Virus record (IMG/VR): IMGVR_UViG_3300037714_000157
Coordinates: 1-29,893 of that record
Reading direction: 5' to 3' (one strand)
DNA length: 29,893 nucleotides
Origin: a virus
Lineage: Duplodnaviria; Caudoviricetes
Part shown: in pieces, positions 1-9,284 of the stretch
Position numbering within the stretch: position 1 is the stretch's first letter
How the letters are laid out: each line of letters starts with the position of its first letter
Position numbers and translations under genes: made by a program
The notes under the pieces: model-generated
Told to the model about the DNA's origin: nothing
Database searches by the model: none
Seen by the model: only the letters and a program-made list of their open reading frames with translations

Positions 1-1
1 C

Positions 2-1300
2 ATCGAAGCCGTCGAGCGGCAGCGACTCGACGGCGAGAACGATCTCGGCTTGCGGCAGGGTGCTAACCCGGCATTCCCATTTGGCAATAACGCCACGCGC
101 CTGTCCGCTGCCTCCACAGGGTCAAGTGCATCGGCGGCGGTGTTGCCGGGCGGCACCTACGAGATCCCCGAGCCCATCGTCTTTGGACCCAAGCACGGTT
201 ACGCGATGCGTGGGGCGGGTGGACGCATGCGCCAGATCGGCGACGCCTCCTCGCTCAACGGACCGTGGATCACCAAGTTGGTGTGGACCGGTCGAAACAA
301 CGGCAAGATGCTCGTCCTCAACAATGCCGGAAGCAATTTGGATGATTTGAATTTCCAGGGATGCCGCGTGTCGGGTCGCGGATTGGAGCCGGTAGGAGCG
401 GTCTACCCCGATCGCGCCGAAGTCGGCATTCAGATCAACACGTCGACGGGCGGCGCAGTCAACGCCAGCGGAAAGCACAACTTCAACCGTCTGCGCTTCA
501 CTCAGTTGCTGGTGCCCATCCTCATCGGCCACAACACCGACGACCCCAACACGGCGAGCTATCTCGGCGACGAGGACGACCACGCCGACACGCTCAACGC
601 GGATGACATTTACGTCGATTTTCCGTACGACGGCCAATTCGTAAACCAGGGAACGGGCGTCTGGATTCGGAACAAGCAAAGCCTGGACAACCACTTTGGC
701 ACGATTCGCTCCCACGGCAATCCGGCGCAAATCTTCTGGCAAGAGCGCGGCGGCAAGACGACCGTCGGGCAAATCTCGCACGTGGGTTCCAGCGCGGGGC
801 GCACCATTTGTGTCCGAGTGGGGCTGATCGACGTGAATGAAGGCGGGCTGACGATCGGCCATGTCGACATGGACGCCGGTGCGACCAACGCGATGCTGCT
901 CAAGCACGATTACGAAACCACCAAGACCTACGCTTTCTCGGCCGTCACCATCAATTCCGCAGCCATCCCGCAGCGAAACGTCCGGGTGCCACAGATCGAC
1001 GTCGGTCCCGGTAGCTGGACCTTGCGCGACACGAAATATCTCAAGGCCGGCGCCATCAAGATGACTGGCGCCAACGGGGTGTGTCACGTACACCTCGAAA
1101 ATTGCGTCACGCAAGGCAGCAACATCCGTGAGCTCGTCGACGAGGCATCCAGCGGCAACTATCTGTTCACTTGGCGCAACGTCCACGTCCAAAGCGGACC
1201 GAGCGGCGTCTGGAATGTGCCTTTTAAAGACTCCGACGCAGCCACCGAAATTAGAAATGGCAGCTGGACCCGCCTCGCATTCGACCAGGGGGCTAAGTAG
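2..1300 (+). CDS. Right-handed beta-helix (pectate-lyase-like) protein, probable tailspike/depolymerase-like; 5'-truncated by window edge
   Basis: The frame is open from base 2, so the TTG at 50 is probably not the true start. The motif LPGGTYEIPEPIVFG...MRGAG...TKLVWTG resembles the start of Pectate_lyase_3-type beta-helices, followed by Asn/Gly/Val-rich coil-like sequence. Confidence 0.65.
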   Translation: MEAVERQRLDGENDLGLRQGANPAFPFGNNATRLSAASTGSSASAAVLPGGTYEIPEPIVFGPKHGYAMRGAGGRMRQIGDASSLNGPWITKLVWTGRNNGKMLVLNNAGSNLDDLNFQGCRVSGRGLEPVGAVYPDRAEVGIQINTSTGGAVNASGKHNFNRLRFTQLLVPILIGHNTDDPNTASYLGDEDDHADTLNADDIYVDFPYDGQFVNQGTGVWIRNKQSLDNHFGTIRSHGNPAQIFWQERGGKTTVGQISHVGSSAGRTICVRVGLIDVNEGGLTIGHVDMDAGATNAMLLKHDYETTKTYAFSAVTINSAAIPQRNVRVPQIDVGPGSWTLRDTKYLKAGAIKMTGANGVCHVHLENCVTQGSNIRELVDEASSGNYLFTWRNVHVQSGPSGVWNVPFKDSDAATEIRNGSWTRLAFDQGAK

Positions 1301-1307
1301 ATGGCGG

Positions 1308-1403
1308 CTAAACGATTTGGTCGTCAGAACCGAAGAGGCGGTCCTTAACCAAGGCCAGCGCGACGAAGATCAAGGCCGCCGCAATACAAGCGATGAGTTT
1401 CAT
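1308..1403 (-). CDS. 31-aa single-TM peptide (moron-like), MKLIACIAAALIFVALALVKDRLFGSDDQIV
   Basis: Hydrophobic helix. It fills the gap between two + strand genes, and a sigma70-like promoter would start transcription at about the ATG. Confidence 0.5.
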   Translation of the reverse strand: MKLIACIAAALIFVALALVKDRLFGSDDQIV

Positions 1404-1409
1404 ACCTAA

Positions 1410-1439
1410 ACAATAACCACCCCACAGCGGTTCCGTCAA
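1410..1439 (-). promoter_or_regulatory. sigma70-like promoter, probably leaderless, for the 31-aa peptide
   Basis: Minus strand reads TTGACG-18nt-TATTGT-6nt-ATG. Confidence 0.5.
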
Positions 1440-1497
1440 CTTTTTTCGGGCGGAATGAATCATGGTAGCCGGCGTCAAGCCGGAAGGTACGAAGTAG

Positions 1498-2172
1498 ATG
1501 GCCCTCACGGATCACTGGAAATTCGACGACAACGCGGCCTCGACAACGGTCGTGGCCACGACGGGCGATAACGCGGCAATCGCGGGTGGGGAGAATACGG
1601 ACGACATGCACGTCGCGGATGGTCCCGGAACCGCCATCACGTCGTCGTTCGTGGTCGACGACACCACGAACAGCGTCGACATTTCCGGGTCCAGCCTATC
1701 GATTACCAGCGGCCAGCCTTTTACTTTTTTCATTTTCTTGCAGGTGAACCCGGGCGGTGCCCAAGTCAACGCAGCGCTGGGGAGCGTGACTGGCGGCAGG
1801 CCGTATATTGGGTTCCCCAATGACACCACGCTGCGAGTGCGAGGCGGCACCCATCTTGATTTCACGTTCCCGGATGTCAGCTCTGGTTGGCACAGCTTCC
1901 AGATTTCGATGAATGCCAGCAACGAGGTGCGGGCATTCATGGACGGCGTCGAAAGCTCGACGGGGACGTTAACGACTCCAACTTTTGGCGGTGTCGACCG
2001 GATTGGCGCTGCGCCCGCGTTCGGCGCTACCGGGTATCTGCCCTCCGGCACTCTGATGTCGTGGGCTCAGTGGTACGACTCCGATGAGTCGGCGAATGCC
2101 GTCGCGCTCGATGCGCAAAAAGACGGCGGCGGCGGATTTCAGCCTTGGTACAAGCGCCGGAGGGCTGCGTAG
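1498..2172 (+). CDS. LamG/concanavalin-A-like domain virion protein
   Basis: HWKFDDN N-terminus, FTFFIFL strand and GWHSFQI...VRAFMDG motif typical of LamG-like jelly rolls. Followed directly by the next ATG (TAGATG). Confidence 0.65.
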   Translation: MALTDHWKFDDNAASTTVVATTGDNAAIAGGENTDDMHVADGPGTAITSSFVVDDTTNSVDISGSSLSITSGQPFTFFIFLQVNPGGAQVNAALGSVTGGRPYIGFPNDTTLRVRGGTHLDFTFPDVSSGWHSFQISMNASNEVRAFMDGVESSTGTLTTPTFGGVDRIGAAPAFGATGYLPSGTLMSWAQWYDSDESANAVALDAQKDGGGGFQPWYKRRRAA

Positions 2173-5067
2173 ATGCAAACGCTGATCCAAGGTGTGAGCG
2201 GCCAGGTGATTCACTTCTCCGGCTGCCTGATCAAAACCAGCGACGGCTCTCGCCTCACGACGAGTGCGACGGTGCGAGTCTGCGTCGACGGCACCTGGGG
2301 CGCTGGAGCGGGCACGCTCGCGGTCGAGGAAACCGATCAATACAAATACACGCTGCACGACGACGAGGCCGCGGCCCGTGAGCTGGTCGTCGTGGTCGAC
2401 CATGCCGATGCTCTGGATCCGTTGTTCTGGGCCGGCAATCTTGTCGATCCGCTTTCCTACGCACTTACGGTGCAAGGCGCACTATTCAATGAGCGGGGCG
2501 GGCGGATTTGGTACGTCGATCCATCGACCGGGGATAGCGCGAATCTCGGCACGAAGAATAGCCCCCTCGACACCTACGCCAACGCCGAAAGCGCCGCCGA
2601 AGCCCACCGCGACACGATCTGGTTGATGGCCGGCACCCATGGCATCTTCTCAATGTCCAAGGCGGGGCTGATCGTTGAAGGAGACGGCGACGCTACGATC
2701 ATTGACGACGATGTGGCCAACGGCACGGCCGCGGTTATTATGTCGGATCGTTCGATCGTGCGGCGGATTCAAGTCGACGCTGCCGATCATTGCGTGCGTG
2801 TGACTAACACCGAGCATGCGGTGATCGAAGATTGCTTACTGGTCGCCGGCGCCGACATTATTTTAGGATCGAATGCCGTGCTCTGCACCATTCGCAACAA
2901 CCGCATGAGCGGCAGCACGAACTGGGGAATTTCGTTGACTACCGGCTGTAGTGGCTTTCTGATCGAGCGCAACGTCATCGCCATGACGGTCGACGACGCG
3001 GGCGACAATGCGTTCGGCATTGCCACCCAGAGTAAAGGTACGATCCGCAACAACATCATTGCGATGGTCCGGGCGGCTGCGGCTAGCGATGCGACGACGG
3101 GGGTGTTGATCGCGAGTGCGGAGTCGGTCGAGTGCGAGGGCAACATTGTCAACGTGGACTGCCAACACGCCAGCAACACCGGAGAGGCGGTCGGCATTGG
3201 CAACCCATTTGCGGTCACCACGGCCAATGTTATCGGCGGCTCGATCGTCACGGCCAATGCGGGCAGTGGTGGAGCCTACGACGTGGCGGCGAACGTCATC
3301 GGGTCTCGCGTCACACTGGCGGGGACAAAATGCGACCGCAGTAAATTCTTGGGGCCGCAGAACATCTTTTACGCCACGGCAACCAACAACTCGCCGCTCG
3401 GTTCAGGGTCAGATGTACTGGTCAATTCGACCGTCCGATTCCTGCTCTCGCAAACTTCGCTATTTTTGACCGACGCTCCTGCCACCGACGACTTTGCCCT
3501 CGCGCACTCGGTCGTGCTCTACGATTCCGATTCCGCCGCCGTGAGCGAGCACACCGTCGAGGATTACAACGCCTCCGGGGTTTTTGTGACGACAACGGTC
3601 AACACACCGGCCACGCAGCAGGTTATCACACTGAACGACGGCCCTAGCGAAGACGGCGCGCTGATCGGTGATACGGTCGTATTCACAGATGCAGATAACG
3701 GTGACGCACCTTCAGACCCCGTGGTAATCAGCAATTACGTTGCGGCGGGGAATACCTTGTTCCTGGCGACGGCGCCGAGCTTCACGGTTGTGTCCGGCGA
3801 CGGCGCGATCGTGAGTGTAGCGAGGCACCTCGTACTCGACGGCACGCCATCGTTCACCGTGGCCGAAGGCGACGGGGTCAAGATCATGCGGGCCACGGAA
3901 GTGGCGGGCGTGATCGGCGACGTTGGCGGCAAAGTGCTCGGCGGCGGCAGTGGCACAATCGCTGGAACCGGTGCGAGAGCCGACCTCCCCGACGCCCCGA
4001 ACCCCACGGCCGTGGAGGCGATTCAAGCTGGGCTCGGCACCGAGGCCAAGCAGGACACGCTGCTCGGTCGGCTCACTGCCGCCCGCGCCGGCTACATGGA
4101 CAATCTCAACGCTGGCAGCGTGCTCGCTACTCAAGCCGACGTACAGGCAATCAACGCGACGACGTCGCGGCATCTCCTGTTGCTCAGCTTGCAACAATAC
4201 GAGCGACCGGAGAGTGGCAGCACGGACTTTACCATCGAAGCCCGCACCTACGACGTGGACGGCGCGGCGGTCGACGCCGATTCGACGCCAACGCTCACCG
4301 TCACCGGCAACGTGACCGGCGACTTGTCCGCCAATCTCTCGGCAGCCAGTAACCCGGCCACCGGCGTCTACCGTTGGACGTACACGGTCGAGAACGACGC
4401 CACGCTCGAACAATTGCTCTACGGTGTCTCCGCGACGATCGATAGCGACACATTCACGCTCTCGCTGCTCTCGCAAGTCTGCGACTTCGTGGCAGCGACG
4501 TTCACGACGGCGGATCGGCAGGATCTGCAAGATGCCAAAGACGCCGCCGAATCGGTCGACACGAAGCTCGGCGAGCCGGCCAACGCCACGTTCGCGCTCG
4601 ACTTCGCGTCGATGAGCAACACGATGGTTACGGTTGCCAATCGTCTGGGCGCGTGGAGCGGCTCGGGGCTCAACACCTTGCTGGGTGCAATGCGGGCGTT
4701 TTTCCGCAAAGACGCCGATGCCGCCGTCCCAGACGACATCAACACTGACCTCGGAAGCGGTGTAGGCACGGCCGACAACACGACCGATTCTAACGAGGCG
4801 ATCCGGGATCGTGGCGACGCGGCCTACCTCACCGCGAGTGCGAGTGCCATTGCCGATGCGGTCGGAGCGAGAGCGTTGTCTGTGACGCCTTCAGCCAACA
4901 CATGGGACGAGGCCATGGCGGCTGCCAGAGCGCACACCAAGGGTAGGCATGCTCTTGATGATGGCACGCTGATCTGGACGTACTACGCGCACGACAACAC
5001 CACCGTTTTGTTTACATCCCTGATTGGTCCGAACCTCACTGCACCACTGACGAGCACTCCGCAATGA
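2173..5067 (+). CDS. Large acidic virion-associated protein with a right-handed beta-helix domain (tailspike/fibre-like)
   Basis: WYVDPSTGDSANLGTKNSPLDT and DTIWLMAGTH cap motifs, repeated TIRNN / LIERN beta-helix turns, and Ig-like segments (YRWTYTV); 964 aa. Confidence 0.65.
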   Translation: MQTLIQGVSGQVIHFSGCLIKTSDGSRLTTSATVRVCVDGTWGAGAGTLAVEETDQYKYTLHDDEAAARELVVVVDHADALDPLFWAGNLVDPLSYALTVQGALFNERGGRIWYVDPSTGDSANLGTKNSPLDTYANAESAAEAHRDTIWLMAGTHGIFSMSKAGLIVEGDGDATIIDDDVANGTAAVIMSDRSIVRRIQVDAADHCVRVTNTEHAVIEDCLLVAGADIILGSNAVLCTIRNNRMSGSTNWGISLTTGCSGFLIERNVIAMTVDDAGDNAFGIATQSKGTIRNNIIAMVRAAAASDATTGVLIASAESVECEGNIVNVDCQHASNTGEAVGIGNPFAVTTANVIGGSIVTANAGSGGAYDVAANVIGSRVTLAGTKCDRSKFLGPQNIFYATATNNSPLGSGSDVLVNSTVRFLLSQTSLFLTDAPATDDFALAHSVVLYDSDSAAVSEHTVEDYNASGVFVTTTVNTPATQQVITLNDGPSEDGALIGDTVVFTDADNGDAPSDPVVISNYVAAGNTLFLATAPSFTVVSGDGAIVSVARHLVLDGTPSFTVAEGDGVKIMRATEVAGVIGDVGGKVLGGGSGTIAGTGARADLPDAPNPTAVEAIQAGLGTEAKQDTLLGRLTAARAGYMDNLNAGSVLATQADVQAINATTSRHLLLLSLQQYERPESGSTDFTIEARTYDVDGAAVDADSTPTLTVTGNVTGDLSANLSAASNPATGVYRWTYTVENDATLEQLLYGVSATIDSDTFTLSLLSQVCDFVAATFTTADRQDLQDAKDAAESVDTKLGEPANATFALDFASMSNTMVTVANRLGAWSGSGLNTLLGAMRAFFRKDADAAVPDDINTDLGSGVGTADNTTDSNEAIRDRGDAAYLTASASAIADAVGARALSVTPSANTWDEAMAAARAHTKGRHALDDGTLIWTYYAHDNTTVLFTSLIGPNLTAPLTSTPQ

Positions 5068-5273
5068 GCTTCATAGTAACACAAGGATTCGGCTCGCCGC
5101 TGCTGGTGACGCAGGGCTTCGGAGGGGAGGGAGTTGTCGCGCCAAGGCCCGGTTGCGTTCGCGTTGACGACTTTGCTCGATTCCATGTTCGAGCCGATTC
5201 GATGGCAACCACGAAGCTAGCAGGTGATGACTTCGCACTGACGACCGTATCCGGCGATGAGGTGACGTGCTGA
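5064..5273 (+). CDS. Small hypothetical phage protein
   Basis: ATGA overlap with the upstream stop; internal VTQGFG duplication; coupled to the next gene. Confidence 0.6.
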   Translation: MSFIVTQGFGSPLLVTQGFGGEGVVAPRPGCVRVDDFARFHVRADSMATTKLAGDDFALTTVSGDEVTC

Positions 5274-5611
5274 TGTCAAACAAGATTCATGATCTAGGCG
5301 ACTTGGTGCGAGTCCACACGAACCCGGACTATCCAAAGAGCAAGGCCAGTCCATTCGTCGATGCGATCACCGGCGAGCTTAAAGACCCCGCCGCGGTCAA
5401 ACTCACAATCAAAGACCCAGCGGGCACGGTGACGACGTACACGCATTTGTCAGGCGCGATGATCGTTAAAGATGGCGTTGGCAAGTACCACGCCGACGTC
5501 GACGCGAACCTAGCAGGGACTTGGTACTACCGCTGGTGGTCAACTGGAGACGGACAGGCGGGCGATGAGCGATCATTCGAGGTGCGTGCAGCGCAGGCTG
5601 TGGAGAGCTGA
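5267..5611 (+). CDS. Ig-like/BppU-like phage structural protein
   Basis: DPAAVKLTIKDPAG...GVGKYHADVD...GTWYYRW beta-sandwich pattern. The start is GTG 5267 or ATG 5273. Confidence 0.6.
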   Translation: MLMSNKIHDLGDLVRVHTNPDYPKSKASPFVDAITGELKDPAAVKLTIKDPAGTVTTYTHLSGAMIVKDGVGKYHADVDANLAGTWYYRWWSTGDGQAGDERSFEVRAAQAVES

Positions 5612-5791
5612 ACAGCGATCCTTTTGGCAGGCGAATAGGCGCCATCTGCCATGTTGGCGTATCAAAACGAGAGTGCAAAAAGCGGCTTGTTTTAAGGGAG
5701 TTTTTGATTGTGCGAGCGCTAAAAAACACCTTGATTTATGGGGCTTGCGAGGCCTGCCAAGGTGGCAGGGGGCAAACTTGTGACCCCTTTT

Positions 5792-5798
5792 GGGTCCT
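5792..5798 (+). other. cosQ-like element (GGGTCCT), suggesting a packaging (cos) region
   Basis: Exact match to the lambda cosQ heptamer in the non-coding gap about 90 bp upstream of a Nu1/gpA-type terminase. Confidence 0.5.
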
Positions 5799-5890
5799 CC
5801 CAGCGTTTGATTTTGACAAGATTTCCCGCTGAGCGAGTGAAGCGACTGCATTCGTAGTTTTGAGGTTGGTGTCACCACCACAGGGCGCAA

Positions 5891-6451
5891 TTGGCTAAAC
5901 GTGCTGAAAATCAGAGGAAAAAGCGAGCGGTCAAAAGCGAACCGGAGCCCGTTCGCTACCGCACGCAAACGGAAATTGCAAATGCGCACGGCGTCAACTT
6001 GCGCACAGTCGCACGGTGGGTCACGGTCCCGGGATTCCCGAAAAAGGAAAAATGCGGTTGGTCAAAAACTGCTGTCGACACGTTCGTTGCTGCAAACACG
6101 CTGGGGAAGAAGCCGACGAAGCACGAAGCCAGCGGCATGTCGCTCACCGAGTCGCAGATTCTCAAGAACATTGAGGACGCGGCCAACTCACGAATCAAAA
6201 AGGAACGCCAGCTTGTCGAGCAGGCACAGGAACTTGGTGAGATCGTGTTCATGTCAGACGTGCGACGCCAGTACGAACCGATCGTCGCCACGGTTATGGC
6301 AAATCAAGATGCCTTGCGTGACGCACAAGATCGGGCAATGCCTGAATCGGTCCCGTCGGCCAAGGCGTGGCCGAAAATCAGGGAAAGCGTGCTGCAGTTC
6401 GCGGACAAACTCAAGCGGGACACCGCGATCGCAATGAAGGAACTGGCTTGA
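5891..6451 (+). CDS. Terminase small subunit (Nu1-like)
   Basis: N-terminal winged-HTH (TQTEIANAHGVNLRTVARWV), then a coiled-coil and GEIV motif; lies directly before TerL. Confidence 0.8.
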   Translation: MAKRAENQRKKRAVKSEPEPVRYRTQTEIANAHGVNLRTVARWVTVPGFPKKEKCGWSKTAVDTFVAANTLGKKPTKHEASGMSLTESQILKNIEDAANSRIKKERQLVEQAQELGEIVFMSDVRRQYEPIVATVMANQDALRDAQDRAMPESVPSAKAWPKIRESVLQFADKLKRDTAIAMKELA

Positions 6452-8556
6452 CCACACTTCCCCAAAAGATCATCGACGCCGCTAAGTCTAATATGGTCAA
6501 GCTGCGCGCGGAACTGTGCGCGGCGTGGGAGCCGATCGTCGAGAAACCGATCTGTGAATGGATCGAGGAGAATCTGCGTTTTGGTTTGGGGGACCGGGGC
6601 GTTCAGCTTGAAAGTCGCGTCGGGCCGTTCACATTTGACGACACGCCTTGGTGGCGGTTTATTCTCGAATGCTCCGTCGATCGCAAGTGCGAGTCGGTTG
6701 CCATCCCTGCGGCGACACAAACGCACAAGACGACCAATCTGATCATGGCCGTCGCTTTGTACTTTGCTGAATTCCGGCCGGCGCCCGGCATGATCGTCGT
6801 GCCTGACGAATTGGAAGCGAAGAAAATCCGTGACCGGATTTACAACATCGTGCAAGAGTCTCGCAAGTTTGCGGACTTCAAACGAATCCACATTCCTCCC
6901 GAGCACAAATGGAACCTGCAGGAGATTGATCTCGGCTCAATGGTAATCCACCTGGCGTGGGCCGGCTCTCGTCAGCGAACTCGCGGCAAGCCTTGCTACT
7001 ACGTCTGGTTCACCGAAGTCGACGTTTATCGAAACGCAGACCAAAAGGCGGGCGATCCGGTTGAGGCAGGCAAGCAGCGCACGAAGGACGTGTTTCGGTT
7101 CAAGCATTTCTTTGAGTCGTCGCCAAGCGAGGCGCCGTCGACGATCTGCGACGAGGAATCGCTGGCCGATGATCGGTGGCGGTGGTTCATTAATTGCCCG
7201 CATTGCGGCGTGAAACAAGAAGCTCGGTTTTTCACCTACAAAAAAGGCAATTGGGCCGGGAAGGGTGGAATCGAGTTGAGTGTGAAGGCCAAGGGCGGCG
7301 ACGGCGCATCGCTAATGACACCGCGGCAGGCGCGGGAGAGCGCTCATTACATTTGCGTGAACGGATGCAAGATCGACAGCGACAGCAAGCAGCACGTCGC
7401 GGAGTCGGGCAACTGGTATCCGCAAGGCTGGAAAGACGGCGATCCGGAGCCCGACCGCACTCCCGGCAAGCGTGTCGGCTTTCATTTGTGGGCGTTCCAC
7501 TCGCCAAACGAGACATTCGGGATTACGGCCGAAGATTACCTGCGGCATCTGAAAAAGGGGCGCAAGGTCGATTTCTACTCGAATCGGCTGGCCATCGCCT
7601 TTCAGGGCGATTCTCGCGTCCCGAATTGGCTCGAATTGGGCAAGCGGGCGGCTTGGACGAACGCCAGGCGGACAATCCCCGATCAGGTTTGGTTTTGCAC
7701 AGCTGGAATCGACAAGCAAGGCGAGAACAATGGCGCTCGCTACGTGATTCGCGGCTGGGCCCCCGGCCGTACGTCGTGGCTGATTGATTGGGGTTGGGTA
7801 GCGCGTGACCCGTCCGACACTGGGCCGATACTTTCCGACCTGCTGGAAGTCGAGCGGCGGGTGCTCGTTTCAGAATTTCCGGTCGTGAATCGGGACAACG
7901 AGCCATCAATCAACCCTCTGGGTCACACCCGGCTGCGATCGAGGCTGTCGAACATCGACACGAAGCACTTGCCGATGCAGATTCATCGCTGGATGCGTCA
8001 ACTCCCCGAGGAGTGGATCGATCGACAGCGCGGCGAACGGCTCTTGCCGGGGCGCGTGCGGAACATTCACGGCGACTATCGGGTAAGTCCCGACGTGAAG
8101 TTCCGTCACAATCTGGTCGAATCGAATTCACGGACCGGTGAGAAGTACGAAGGAGGTTTGCACCTCTGGGGCCTGTGCGTCTATCCGTACTATTCCGAAT
8201 TGACTGACCTGATTAGCGGCGAGCCGGGGCAGCTTGGAAGCTGGTATGTCACGGCGGATGCGCTTTCGCAGGGGCGCGAGTATTTGGAACAAGTCACGAA
8301 CTTCCATTACGCGATCACGATCGATCCGCGCAAGGGGAAGATCGGCAAGTGGGGGCCGCGGTCCGGTCGCATCCCAAACGACTTTTGGGACTGCGAGATT
8401 TATGCGATGGCCGCGGCAGAAATGGTCGTCGGCAACATGGGTTGGGAAGCGGCGGCTTGGGAGAACTGGCGTCGCACCCAAAAACAAAAGTCACAAACCA
8501 AAGAGTCGCGTCGCAAGCGGCCGGCTCAACAAGTTGAGGAGTTAGGAGCACGATGA
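6448..8556 (+). CDS. Terminase large subunit, lambda gpA family
   Basis: Walker A-like AATQTHKT, Walker B-like WFTEVD, GDP motif, CPHCG and CVNGC Zn motifs, VGFHLW, nuclease TAGIDKQ and NDFWDCEIYAMAAA. The start is placed at TTG 6448 (TTGA overlap, AAGGA RBS). Confidence 0.92.
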   Translation: MTTLPQKIIDAAKSNMVKLRAELCAAWEPIVEKPICEWIEENLRFGLGDRGVQLESRVGPFTFDDTPWWRFILECSVDRKCESVAIPAATQTHKTTNLIMAVALYFAEFRPAPGMIVVPDELEAKKIRDRIYNIVQESRKFADFKRIHIPPEHKWNLQEIDLGSMVIHLAWAGSRQRTRGKPCYYVWFTEVDVYRNADQKAGDPVEAGKQRTKDVFRFKHFFESSPSEAPSTICDEESLADDRWRWFINCPHCGVKQEARFFTYKKGNWAGKGGIELSVKAKGGDGASLMTPRQARESAHYICVNGCKIDSDSKQHVAESGNWYPQGWKDGDPEPDRTPGKRVGFHLWAFHSPNETFGITAEDYLRHLKKGRKVDFYSNRLAIAFQGDSRVPNWLELGKRAAWTNARRTIPDQVWFCTAGIDKQGENNGARYVIRGWAPGRTSWLIDWGWVARDPSDTGPILSDLLEVERRVLVSEFPVVNRDNEPSINPLGHTRLRSRLSNIDTKHLPMQIHRWMRQLPEEWIDRQRGERLLPGRVRNIHGDYRVSPDVKFRHNLVESNSRTGEKYEGGLHLWGLCVYPYYSELTDLISGEPGQLGSWYVTADALSQGREYLEQVTNFHYAITIDPRKGKIGKWGPRSGRIPNDFWDCEIYAMAAAEMVVGNMGWEAAAWENWRRTQKQKSQTKESRRKRPAQQVEELGAR

Positions 8557-8999
8557 GCATGTTAGAAGATGCCCCCCTGTCATTGGATGATGAACCCAAC
8601 GGGACCGACGCCCAGCCAGCCAAAGATACCGACGGTGTGCCGTACTGCCGCGTCCATCATTGCCGCATGAAGCAAAAGAGTGGCGGCAAGAAGAGTTCGC
8701 CGACGGCGTACTACTCGTGCCCTGTCGACCGTTGCCAGGAGAAGGCGCAGAAGATCAAGACGGTTAACGAATGCGTGGTGCCGCGCGATCCGCTCACATG
8801 CCCGCGTTGCAGCAAGGGCGGAAAGCCGGTGCATTGCGAGCGCGACCCGAAAGCATCGACGGCCGCGATGGTGATTCTCAAGTGCCCGTCTTGTGGCTGG
8901 AAGTCGAGCGCGTTTGCAGTTCCGCAACTTGCGGCTGCGCATTTTGCTGCGCGGCAACAGGGCCGGAAGCCGCCGATCGAGAATCTTGGCGATCGCTGA
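8553..8999 (+). CDS. Multi-Cys zinc-ribbon protein
   Basis: CRVHHC, YSCPVDRC, CPRC and CPSCG motifs; ATGA-coupled to TerL with an AGGAG RBS. Confidence 0.7.
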   Translation: MSMLEDAPLSLDDEPNGTDAQPAKDTDGVPYCRVHHCRMKQKSGGKKSSPTAYYSCPVDRCQEKAQKIKTVNECVVPRDPLTCPRCSKGGKPVHCERDPKASTAAMVILKCPSCGWKSSAFAVPQLAAAHFAARQQGRKPPIENLGDR

Positions 9000-9071
9000 A
9001 TCGCCTAACCCGTTTACAGATTAGTAAACAACTCCGCGCAATCGGCGTGTAATTTTTCGTACGATTGCGGC

Positions 9072-9284
9072 ATGGCTGCGACCGACCAGCAAATCGCCGA
9101 CGCCGCCAGAGATTCACTGGCCCGAATCCTCGATACGGATTCTGCCGAGTGGTCCGAGGGCGAGCGACGACAGCGGGCGCTGGAAATCGATCGCCTCACG
9201 AATGTGATTACCGATTTCGAGGGCAAGGCGGCGCGCTCCGCCGGCCGGAGAATCTTCTCGCCTGTGAAGCGAGTGAATCTTTAG
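9072..9284 (+). CDS. gpW-like head completion protein
   Basis: 70 aa, helix-hairpin-helix pattern (AEWSEGERRQRALEIDRL), located between terminase and portal as in lambda. Confidence 0.7.
   Translation: MAATDQQIADAARDSLARILDTDSAEWSEGERRQRALEIDRLTNVITDFEGKAARSAGRRIFSPVKRVNL

Noticed and set aside
122-1192. Long antisense ORFs (also 3712-4530, 10329-11189, 12832-13614)
   Set aside because: These are shadow frames of GC-rich + strand genes with no motifs or RBS.
6367-6447. Extended ORF-track starts (6367, 10852, 14203, 17128, 21650, 20387)
   Set aside because: They overlap upstream genes; downstream starts with RBS or stop-start coupling fit better.
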